Shown: piece by piece, positions 27,741 through 35,740 of the stretch
Position numbering within the stretch: the stretch's first letter is position 1
Layout of the letters: each line of letters starts with the position of its first letter
Source: an uncultured Bacteroidales bacterium
GTDB taxonomy: Bacteria; Bacteroidota; Bacteroidia; Bacteroidales; UBA10428
NCBI GenBank assembly: GCA_964560225.1
Contig: CAZLLD010000002.1
Location: forward strand, 11,713-75,712
Reading direction: 5' to 3'
Length of the DNA: 64,000 nt
Program-made: the position numbers and the translations under genes
Notes under the pieces: generated by a model
What the model saw: the letters and a program-made list of their open reading frames with translations, nothing else
What the model was told of the DNA's origin: nothing
The model's database searches: none

Positions 27741-28988
27741 TTATAAACAATTCATTATCTCTTTACGCAGTATGAAAAGTGCTGTAATTGCTGCCTTTTG
27801 CATATTGCGGCCACGATCTTCGCCCAAGTTATAAAGATGTGATACAATTCTTTTCTTTGAGGCCACGGCAATCCATGTGGTGCCTACCGGTTTTTCTTCT
27901 GTAGCGCCGGTTGGCCCGGCAATTCCGCTCACAGCAACCGCAAAATCAGTGTTGAATTTGGTTCGTGCGCCTTCTGCCATTTGTTCTACCACAGGCTGGC
28001 TGACTGCACCGTTCATGATCAGTGAATAAGGACTTACATTCAGCTGGCTGGTTTTTACATCATTTGAATAGGCCACCACACCACCCTGGTAATAAGCTGA
28101 AGAGCCGGGTATGGAGGTGATCATAAAACTGATGAGCCCGCCTGTGCAGCTTTCTGCTGTGGATAAGGACAAGTTATTGTCATTTAACAAATTACCCACA
28201 ACCACTTCAAGTTTATCCTCATCATAGCCGAAAACATGTGCGCCGATCATTTGTTCAAGCTTGGCAGTTTGGTTATCAATTAAAGCTTTCAGTCCGGTTT
28301 TATCCCCTGCAGTTGTACCGGTTATTCTCAACCGCAGTATTCCCGGAGAAGGCAGGTATGCCAGTTTCAGGTTGGCGGGCAGGGCATGTTCCCAGTCGCA
28401 GATCAGTACAGCCATTTGCGATTCGGGCACGCCGCAGGTAAGTATGGTTTTGTGCATGATGGCCGGAAGATTGAACTTCAGTTTTAATTGCTGTTCCATG
28501 GCTTCCTTGTATATGGCCTTCATTTCATAAGGCACACCGGGCAGCGCAACGAATTCCTTACGGTTCTTGCTGAACCACATTCCCGGGGCTGTTCCGGCAC
28601 TGTTGTGAAGCACCTGACAATTGTCGGGCAACTCGGCCTGGCTGATGTTGCGGTCATTCATGGCAACGCCCCTCAACTGAAGCAGGGTTTCAATATGTTC
28701 AAGAACCTGCTGGTTTCTGATCAACTTTGAGTCAAAATACTCCGCCAGGGTGTGTTTGGTGATGTCATCGCTGGTTGGGCCCAGTCCGCCTGTTGTGATG
28801 ATCAACTCTGCCCTTTCTGATGCATCATCCAATGCTCTGATGATGCTTTCTCTTGTATCGGAAACCGAGGTAATCTGAGCAACCCGGATGCCCAGTTTAT
28901 TCAGTTCAGTGGCAAGCCAGGCGGAATTGGTGTCGACAACCTGGCCGATGAGCAATTCATCTCCGATGGTGATAATTTCTGCGTTCAT
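27741..28988 (-). CDS. cinA: Competence/damage-inducible protein CinA (MoCF-binding domain plus nicotinamide-nucleotide amidohydrolase PncC domain)
   Basis: MNAEIITIGDELLIGQVVDTNSAWL start, with the C-terminal CinA domain (ESCTGG..., AVSGIAGP). The track's longer ORF runs through hairpins and a tRNA gene, so the ATG at 28988 is used. Confidence 0.9.
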   Translation of the reverse strand: MNAEIITIGDELLIGQVVDTNSAWLATELNKLGIRVAQITSVSDTRESIIRALDDASERAELIITTGGLGPTSDDITKHTLAEYFDSKLIRNQQVLEHIETLLQLRGVAMNDRNISQAELPDNCQVLHNSAGTAPGMWFSKNRKEFVALPGVPYEMKAIYKEAMEQQLKLKFNLPAIMHKTILTCGVPESQMAVLICDWEHALPANLKLAYLPSPGILRLRITGTTAGDKTGLKALIDNQTAKLEQMIGAHVFGYDEDKLEVVVGNLLNDNNLSLSTAESCTGGLISFMITSIPGSSAYYQGGVVAYSNDVKTSQLNVSPYSLIMNGAVSQPVVEQMAEGARTKFNTDFAVAVSGIAGPTGATEEKPVGTTWIAVASKKRIVSHLYNLGEDRGRNMQKAAITALFILRKEIMNCL

Positions 28989-29005
28989 ATTATTGGTACA
29001 AAAAT

Positions 29006-29080
29006 GTAGAGACGCATGATCATGCGTCTTTTGTATAGGATGTCCAAACATGAGAGAGACGCATGATGATGCGTCTCTAC
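29006..29080 (-). repeat. Twin palindromic hairpins (likely tRNA-operon terminator or regulatory structure)
   Basis: AGACGCATGATCATGCGTCT (29010-29029) is a perfect 20-nt palindrome. AGAGACGCAT-GATG-ATGCGTCTCT lies at 29055-29078. The outer arms GTAGAGACGCAT (29006-29017) and ATGCGTCTCTAC (29069-29080) can also pair with each other. Confidence 0.7.
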
Positions 29081-29083
29081 AAG

Positions 29084-29156
29084 AGCGGCAAACGGGTCTC
29101 GAACCCGCGACCTTGAGCTTGGGAAGCTCACGCTCTACCAACTGAGCTACTGCCGC
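29084..29156 (-). tRNA. tRNA-Gly (anticodon CCC)
   Basis: Minus strand: GCGGCAGTAGCTCAGTTGGTAGAGCGTGAGCTTCCCAAGCTCAAGGTCGCGGGTTCGAGACCCGTTTGCCGCT. Cloverleaf checked by hand. Anticodon loop TTCCCAA, discriminator U. Confidence 0.9.
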
Positions 29157-29160
29157 ATTG

Positions 29161-29232
29161 AGCCTCTCAGGGGATTTGAACCCCCGACCTGCGGTTTACG
29201 AAACCGCTGCTCTACCGCTGAGCTAAAGAGGC
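29161..29232 (-). tRNA. tRNA-Thr (anticodon CGT)
   Basis: Minus strand: GCCTCTTTAGCTCAGCGGTAGAGCAGCGGTTTCGTAAACCGCAGGTCGGGGGTTCAAATCCCCTGAGAGGCT. Anticodon loop TTCGTAA. Confidence 0.9.
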
Positions 29233-29254
29233 CTGAAATGATTTTCGGGGGTGA

Positions 29255-29262
29255 CAAAAATA
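29255..29262 (-). promoter_or_regulatory. Candidate -7 box (TAnnTTTG) for the tRNA-Thr/Gly pair
   Basis: TATTTTTG on the minus strand, ending 22 nt upstream of the tRNA-Thr 5' end. Confidence 0.35.
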
Positions 29263-29336
29263 GAAATAATTAAGCATGAAGCAAAGAAATGATCACAAAA
29301 AGATGTCGCTTCATAACATCTGCATTTCGTGCAAGA

Positions 29337-30563
29337 TTATTTCTGAAGTGCCCTGATTCGCTGCAACAGTGTGGGATGTGAATAATGAAAGAAAACATAG
29401 GCCGGATGTGGTGTGAGATTGCTCAGGTTTTTTGATGAAAGTTTCTTTAGCGCATTGACCAGGGCTACTGGATTACTGTGGTCTTTAACAAATCGGTCGG
29501 CTGCATATTCATTCCGGCGCGAGATCTGGTTCATCAGCAAACCGGTAAGCAGGGAAACCGGACTGTACAACATACCGAATGCAATCAGACCCAGGTGAAA
29601 ACTGGGACCATCGCCACCCAATGCTTCTGACAATGCCGGGTTGCTGATCAGCAGCGACAATATGAAAAGTGTGATTCCGGTTTGCACAATACCGGCCATC
29701 AGGCCATAAAGCATGTGTTTTTTCTTGTAATGACCTATTTCATGGGCCAGTACGGCTACAATCTCATCGGTTGAGAGGTCGTTTATAAGGGTATCGTAAA
29801 GTACCACGCGCTTTTTCGGCCCAAGCCCGGTAAAATACGCATTGGCCTTTGCCGAACGTTTCGATCCGTCAATTACATAAATGTTCACCAGCTTAAAGCC
29901 CACCCGATCGCTGAAAGCCTTGATGGCATCACGCAGTTCCCCTTCGGACAAAGGAGTTTGCTTGTTAAAAAGAGGTACAATGAGTGATGAATAGAACATG
30001 GACATAAATACGGTGAAAACAAAAGCCAGTGCCCAGGCGTAAATCCAGAACATCACACCGGTCTTCTGGTAAAACCAGACAACAATTGCCAGCAAGCCTC
30101 CCCCGATAACGGCACCCAACAACAAGCCTTTGATTTTATCTAATATAAAGGTACGTGGTGTGGTGCGGTTGAATCCAAACTTCTCTTCAATAACAAAGGT
30201 ATCATATACCGAAAAAGGGGTGCCAATCAGGTCCATGGCTACGGCCAGAATTCCGAAAAAAACAAGCACCAGCAATACAGGATGCGCAGTGATGTCCCTG
30301 GCCCATCCGTCAACCAAGGCAAACCCGCCCAAAAAGAGCATGAGTATAATGACGACAAAATTAAAAGTGCTGGTAATTGAAGAAAACCGGTCGTTCACCC
30401 ACTTGTATTCCTGTTGTTTGCGATAGTGATCTGCATCAAACACATCTTTCAGTTCTTCGGGCAGTTCCGGATTCAGGCTTTTCCGGTTCAGATAATCCAG
30501 ATAGCGTTCCAGTACAAAATCCGCAGTGATAATAGCAACTATAATAATAAACACAGTGCTCAT
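29337..30563 (-). CDS. M48-family zinc metallopeptidase (Ste24/HtpX-like)
   Basis: Multi-pass membrane N-half. HEIGHYKKKH (HExxH) zinc motif, with a downstream EYAAD-type third ligand region. Confidence 0.85.
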   Translation of the reverse strand: MSTVFIIIVAIITADFVLERYLDYLNRKSLNPELPEELKDVFDADHYRKQQEYKWVNDRFSSITSTFNFVVIILMLFLGGFALVDGWARDITAHPVLLVLVFFGILAVAMDLIGTPFSVYDTFVIEEKFGFNRTTPRTFILDKIKGLLLGAVIGGGLLAIVVWFYQKTGVMFWIYAWALAFVFTVFMSMFYSSLIVPLFNKQTPLSEGELRDAIKAFSDRVGFKLVNIYVIDGSKRSAKANAYFTGLGPKKRVVLYDTLINDLSTDEIVAVLAHEIGHYKKKHMLYGLMAGIVQTGITLFILSLLISNPALSEALGGDGPSFHLGLIAFGMLYSPVSLLTGLLMNQISRRNEYAADRFVKDHSNPVALVNALKKLSSKNLSNLTPHPAYVFFHYSHPTLLQRIRALQK

Positions 30564-30577
30564 CTTAATATATTTCT

Positions 30578-31558
30578 TTACTTCTCAATTCCGTTCATTT
30601 GCATTTCAAGCTTGTCTCTTGTGTCCATTCGGATCATCAGCAGCTTACTGTAAATATCCATATTGTTATCACTGACCAGACTGTCGGCATAGGCTGCCCA
30701 AAGAACGGCCTGATCCAGTATATCGTCACGCTCATAGGCTAAAGCTATATTAAAAGATGCCCTGGCTGCAAGTGTTTTGTTATCTGTTTCTGAAAGTGCA
30801 TTCCAAATTGTGGCTGCCTCACCCCACTGATCTTTCAGTGCCAGCCTGGCTGCTTTCCTCATGTCGCCTCCCGGTCCTGAATAAAAGTAACGTGGCACAT
30901 TTGTCCAATAAGGGCTTAGTTTTCGCCCCGAACTTTGCCCACTCAAATAACAGGCATCATACAACAGTTGTTCCAATCCCGAAAGTCCGGAAAAGACTGG
31001 TACATTCAACGTGTCAGCAAATTCATAGGTGAAAACAGCTGATTCCTTTTCAGGCATGCAAAGCACCCATTTGGTGTAGTTCAATATATTGTAATTGCTT
31101 TGCGAATAGGATTCACCATTGTCGAAAAAGTAATATTTATTAACGGCATCATAAGCGACTGCCTTACTGAGGAAAAGCACTGCATCGGTGGTATCATGTT
31201 TGCAAATTCGGGCAACGTCTTCCCACATCAACCTGTTTTTGTAATAGGAAGAATCTGAAAAAACAACTTTATCAAACCGCGGCGAATGCGACAGCAGGTC
31301 ATACATGCCGTGCAGGTAACCCATTTTGATTTCTTTGATATCCGTTTTGGGACTCAAAATCACATGAGAGAGGCTGTCGAAAACACCGGGTTTAGCGTAA
31401 TATCCGGGAACAGGCAGCATAGAGATGCGCTGCGCTGTTGCAGGCACGATAACTTCTGCCGGTTCCAGTATGCTAATCGTTACGCTGTATGGCAAACACG
31501 AGCCAATCAGTGTAACGAGCAAAATCAATAATAAAGGTAGGGTTGGAAAACGAGACAT
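30578..31558 (-). CDS. Hypothetical lipoprotein with TPR-like C-terminus
   Basis: Signal plus Cys (LVTLIGSCLP). C-terminal helical repeat (WGEAATIWNALSE...FNIALAYERDD). Family not securely recognised. Confidence 0.5.
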   Translation of the reverse strand: MSRFPTLPLLLILLVTLIGSCLPYSVTISILEPAEVIVPATAQRISMLPVPGYYAKPGVFDSLSHVILSPKTDIKEIKMGYLHGMYDLLSHSPRFDKVVFSDSSYYKNRLMWEDVARICKHDTTDAVLFLSKAVAYDAVNKYYFFDNGESYSQSNYNILNYTKWVLCMPEKESAVFTYEFADTLNVPVFSGLSGLEQLLYDACYLSGQSSGRKLSPYWTNVPRYFYSGPGGDMRKAARLALKDQWGEAATIWNALSETDNKTLAARASFNIALAYERDDILDQAVLWAAYADSLVSDNNMDIYSKLLMIRMDTRDKLEMQMNGIEK

Positions 31559-31562
31559 CGTG

Positions 31563-32309
31563 TTATGTCCTCATTCCGCCACAAACACCGATCACCTGTC
31601 CGTTTACATAGGATGAAAGATCAGATGCCAGGAACAAGGCAACCTTGGCTACTTCTTCAGGAGTACCGCCACGCCTCATGGGAATCTTATCTTCCCATAT
31701 CTTTTTCACCTCTTCGGGAAGCTTGTGGGTCATTTCGGTGACGATGAATCCCGGGGCAATGGCATTGCACCGGATGTTGCGGGAACCCAGTTCAATAGCC
31801 ATTGACTTGGTAAAACCGATCATACCAGCCTTAGAAGCCGAATAATTGGCCTGACTGATATTTCCACCAACGCCAACAACTGAACTCATGTTAATAATGG
31901 ATCCGCTTTGCTTTTTAATCATGATCATTTGAACGGCCTTGGTAAAGTTGAACACCGACTTCAGGTTCACATTAATAACGGTATCCCATTGCTGTTCGGT
32001 CATCCGCATCAGGAAAGCATCCATGGTGATACCTGCATTGTTTACAAGAATATCCACCGTACCGAAATCGTTTACGATATTTTTCACAACGCTATCGGTA
32101 TCAGCAAAATTGCTGGCATCTGATGCGTAAACCTTGCATTTAACACCCAGTGCAGTAACCTGTTTCTCGGTTTCCAGGGCATTGTCGTCAATTCTCAGAT
32201 CGGTGATGGCCACATTGGCGCCTTCTTTGGCAAATGCAATGGCAATTGCCTTTCCAATTCCCCGTGCAGCACCTGTAACAACAGCAGTTTTTCCTTCAAG
32301 TAATTTCAT
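31563..32309 (-). CDS. fabG: 3-oxoacyl-[acyl-carrier-protein] reductase
   Basis: TGAARGIG cofactor motif, NNAG, the catalytic S...YxxxK (YSASKAG), and 248 aa with a typical FabG C-terminus GQVIGVCGGMRT. Confidence 0.88.
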   Translation of the reverse strand: MKLLEGKTAVVTGAARGIGKAIAIAFAKEGANVAITDLRIDDNALETEKQVTALGVKCKVYASDASNFADTDSVVKNIVNDFGTVDILVNNAGITMDAFLMRMTEQQWDTVINVNLKSVFNFTKAVQMIMIKKQSGSIINMSSVVGVGGNISQANYSASKAGMIGFTKSMAIELGSRNIRCNAIAPGFIVTEMTHKLPEEVKKIWEDKIPMRRGGTPEEVAKVALFLASDLSSYVNGQVIGVCGGMRT

Positions 32310-32407
32310 GATAGTTTCAATATGTTTATGAATTAATGATGCAAAAGTAAAAGAAATATTGTGAATGCTAATTTACATAATCAGTCAAGAATGGCTGAAT
32401 GTATTAA

Positions 32408-33646
32408 CTAAAGGCTAAATTTCAGCATAATAGAGAATACACTGGATTTGATTTTCGTTGAGGTTAATTTGTTTGTACCAGTTAAAGGCTGGAAACCCTG
32501 CATGAATCCTGCTTCAAGGCACACATTACGGGCATTTCCCAATAAAAACTCAGCACCAAAAGCGCCATGAAAACCCAGTTCACCTTTGTAACTAAAATCT
32601 GATAAATTCTCTGTATAAACACTTGAGCCGTGCATTTTTTCAGAATACCGCTTGTAAGACTGAGTTAGCAGAAATGATTTATAACCTCCGGCTTTTACAT
32701 AAGGATGAAAATGGTGTTTTCCAAAAGTAAACTTCAGGGCTACAGGTACCTGGATGGAAGAAAAATCGAACAGTATATCGTCTTGTGAATTATTTGTTTG
32801 CACATATTCCGAAAAACCATAATAAGAATCGGTGACATATAGCAAAGAGAGATCAATGGAAACAAGTTCAGATTTTCGGGAAAGACGTTGATTAATAAAT
32901 AATCCACCCACTGGTCTGTAACTACTGTTAAATTCAGCCTGTTTAAAATAGGGAGTGTATCTGTCTCCTGGTATATCGATCGTCAGGAATTGATACCCAA
33001 ATATAAAACCAACTTTCATCAGCGGGTTCGTTCTGGTCACCGAAAAGTCTTTGATAAAATTTATTTTTGAAGACTGATGAAAGGTTCTTACTGCCATCTG
33101 TGACAGCTCTGCGGATTCAGTTATCAGGGCTTTAACGGATGGTGGTTCATAGGTTGTAGAATTGGCAGAAACCTGAAAAGATCCTGACTCACTTAACAGA
33201 TAACTTAATAAATCCTTATAGTTACTAAATTCTTTGCCTCCCGGAATAGTATTTCTGTTTTTATTCAGTTTGACAAAACCGGTGAGATCATTTTCGATAT
33301 ACAAAGGAGAATGAGTTTTTCCAGGGATAATGTATAGGCTCAGAGTTCCTTTTACCAGACATTCGAAAAAAGACTTTTTGTTGCCTGTTTGCTTTGATTC
33401 AAAATGGCGACCGTTCCTGAAACCATATGCGCGCAGCTTGTCTGCGCTATATGCCATCTCCTGGGCTATGTCGAATCGCTTGAAAAGGCATTCTTTACCA
33501 AATTTACCTTCAGTACTATAAAATACCTGACCACTGAGTGAGTCACCATTATTCTTGATAATATAACCTGGCCTGAATCCAATCTGAGCATCAATATTTG
33601 ATAATATCAGCAGTAAAACCCCGGTTAATAGTATTGTTTTCTTCAT
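32408..33646 (-). CDS. Hypothetical secreted protein with a C-terminal beta-barrel-like region
   Basis: Signal peptide (MKKTILLTGVLLLILSNIDAQ). Alternating-strand C-terminal half ending in F-S-L. Confidence 0.5.
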   Translation of the reverse strand: MKKTILLTGVLLLILSNIDAQIGFRPGYIIKNNGDSLSGQVFYSTEGKFGKECLFKRFDIAQEMAYSADKLRAYGFRNGRHFESKQTGNKKSFFECLVKGTLSLYIIPGKTHSPLYIENDLTGFVKLNKNRNTIPGGKEFSNYKDLLSYLLSESGSFQVSANSTTYEPPSVKALITESAELSQMAVRTFHQSSKINFIKDFSVTRTNPLMKVGFIFGYQFLTIDIPGDRYTPYFKQAEFNSSYRPVGGLFINQRLSRKSELVSIDLSLLYVTDSYYGFSEYVQTNNSQDDILFDFSSIQVPVALKFTFGKHHFHPYVKAGGYKSFLLTQSYKRYSEKMHGSSVYTENLSDFSYKGELGFHGAFGAEFLLGNARNVCLEAGFMQGFQPLTGTNKLTSTKIKSSVFSIMLKFSL

Positions 33647-33817
33647 TACAGTTTAGTAAAATCGAGCGTTTTAAACTTACAAAAAAAAATAATGCAGCCA
33701 ATTATTTTGAAGATTATTTGAGAATTTCACAGTGTTAACTGAAAACAACAATTCAGCACGTGGTTATCATGTATGATTATTTTACTTATTTTAGAAGCCA
33801 TTATTTGGTTACGCAGA

Positions 33818-35716
33818 ATGAAAAATAAGATATCTCTTGCTCAGACAGCATTATTTATGTTTCTTCTGATATTGGCTTGTCAGAAGGAAGATACCGTGGA
33901 ACGTGAATATCCGCAAATCAGAACAAGTGCTGTTAATCACATCACAGCCGATGGCGCCCGTTTTAATGCTGAAATCATCAGTGGGGATATTGAAAGCATA
34001 TCCGAATACGGATTTGTTTGGGGTTTAACCTCCACACTTAGCATTCAGGGCTCAGAGAAAGTAGTGATTGGCAGTGTTCCTTCGGGCAATGATTTCTATA
34101 GCGACATTACTTATGCTTTGGAGGAAATGAAAGATTACTATGTTCGATCCTATGTTAAAGCCGGTGAGTTAACCATTTATGGTGATGCAGTAAAATTCAA
34201 GAGTTTGGGTAGTCAGGCACCGGTAATCACTGATTTTGAACCCAAGTCAGCAACCTGGGGGGATACAGTAACTATATATGGGAAAAATTTCAGCAACCAG
34301 AATCAAACCAATGTAGTTTTCTTTGGCGCAACGAAAGGAATCATTCTGAAAAGCACAAATGAAGAAATACAGGTTATTGTTCCTAACTCCCTGAATAAAA
34401 TTACAACATTTATTGCTGTTGAAGTTTTTGGAAACAGATATTTAACAAATGAATCATTCAGATTATTAACCCCGGGAATAATAAGCTCAATTAATGAAAC
34501 TGATGTAACATGGGGTGATACAATAGAGTTAACGGGAAATTTTCCATTTATGACTCATACCATTAAGATTGAAATTGGTAATGTTAGTGCCTTTATCATT
34601 GAGTCTTACGAAAACAGAATGATTATTTCGGTACCAGAAAATGTAATTTATTCGGATTCAGTATCAGTTGTATTAAATATTGATGGACATAAAATCGCTG
34701 CACCTGAAAAAGTTCATCTTAAGGAGCCATTTATAGCAGCTATTAATCCAACAATTTTTGGCTGGGGTGATACTATAGAATTGAAAGGTATTTTTCATCC
34801 CGTTTTGGAGAATAACAAAGTATTATTCTCTAATATTTCCGCAAAAATATTGGAATCTAGCAATTCTGAAATCAAATGCATCGTCCCTCATAGTATTTCC
34901 GGTCATGAATGCCGGTTAAGTGTTTCAGTTAATAATTTCATATATGACTTGCCTTTACCGGTCATTCTTTCCGGACCTATTGTTAATTCAGTATCACCAA
35001 ACAAAGGTGTTGTTGGAAAAACCATTACCATTACAGGAAAATATTTCAAGGAGAACAATACTTTTATTAAGATCAATGGAGTAAATTCAACTGTAAGTTC
35101 ATTTAATCCTAATGTAATAACTTCAATAATTCCAAATGAAGCTAATAGAGGTAATGCTTCTATTGAAGTTTCGGTATATAATAAAAAAATTACTATTGAT
35201 AATACAATATTTCTTTTTAAGCCTGAAATTATTGATTTTTCTCCTAAGCTAGGATCTTATGGTGATACAATAACTATTATAGGTTATGACTTTAATCCTT
35301 TGGATATAGTTGTGAATGTTCGTAATTATTTTCAAGAGATCATTGAAGTCAATTCTGAAAGAGTAAAAATCATAGCAAGGGATAATATATCTTGTCTTGA
35401 TAATAGGATTGATATTCAGACGTACGGTAAAACTATATCCGCTACTGACAATTTTTTCATCCCTGAGCCCATTATCACATCATATACACCCACGCATGGA
35501 ACACATGGCGATACCATAACTATAACCGGCGATTTCTTTGATCCGGGAAAAGCTGAGGGTGACTTAATTTTTATGGGAGGCAATTCTCCTAAAGTTATTA
35601 GTATGACTAATAATGAAATTAAGTTTACAGTACCCTATTTAAATGAAGGTGATTTCATTATTGGTTTGGGTTTATGTAAAGGTATTGATCTGGGCCCCTT
35701 TCATTATGAAGATTAA
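33818..35716 (+). CDS. IPT/TIG-repeat lipoprotein (six repeats)
   Basis: Start at MKNKISLAQTALFMFLLILACQ (lipobox); an alternative ATG exists at 33773. Six ~80-aa repeats carry P.I..F.P....GDTITI.G..F (e.g. PVITDFEPKSATWGDTVTIYGKNF, PEIIDFSPKLGSYGDTITIIGYDF). Confidence 0.75.
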   Translation: MKNKISLAQTALFMFLLILACQKEDTVEREYPQIRTSAVNHITADGARFNAEIISGDIESISEYGFVWGLTSTLSIQGSEKVVIGSVPSGNDFYSDITYALEEMKDYYVRSYVKAGELTIYGDAVKFKSLGSQAPVITDFEPKSATWGDTVTIYGKNFSNQNQTNVVFFGATKGIILKSTNEEIQVIVPNSLNKITTFIAVEVFGNRYLTNESFRLLTPGIISSINETDVTWGDTIELTGNFPFMTHTIKIEIGNVSAFIIESYENRMIISVPENVIYSDSVSVVLNIDGHKIAAPEKVHLKEPFIAAINPTIFGWGDTIELKGIFHPVLENNKVLFSNISAKILESSNSEIKCIVPHSISGHECRLSVSVNNFIYDLPLPVILSGPIVNSVSPNKGVVGKTITITGKYFKENNTFIKINGVNSTVSSFNPNVITSIIPNEANRGNASIEVSVYNKKITIDNTIFLFKPEIIDFSPKLGSYGDTITIIGYDFNPLDIVVNVRNYFQEIIEVNSERVKIIARDNISCLDNRIDIQTYGKTISATDNFFIPEPIITSYTPTHGTHGDTITITGDFFDPGKAEGDLIFMGGNSPKVISMTNNEIKFTVPYLNEGDFIIGLGLCKGIDLGPFHYED

Positions 35717-35740
35717 ACAATATACTTAGCAGTTTACATT

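Noticed and set aside
29010-29078. Paired inverted GAGACG/CGTCTC sites (type IIS BsmBI/Esp3I recognition sequence), reminiscent of a cloning cassette
   Set aside because: The sites are simply part of the palindromic arms. The flanking sequence is native tRNA and cinA with no vector-like features. I treat this as coincidence.
28989-29141. N-terminal extension of the cinA ORF (MVERELPKLKVAGSRPVCRSCRDASSCVSL...)
   Set aside because: The extension reads through the twin palindromes and part of the tRNA-Gly gene. The canonical CinA N-terminus MNAEIITIGDELLIGQ starts at 28988.
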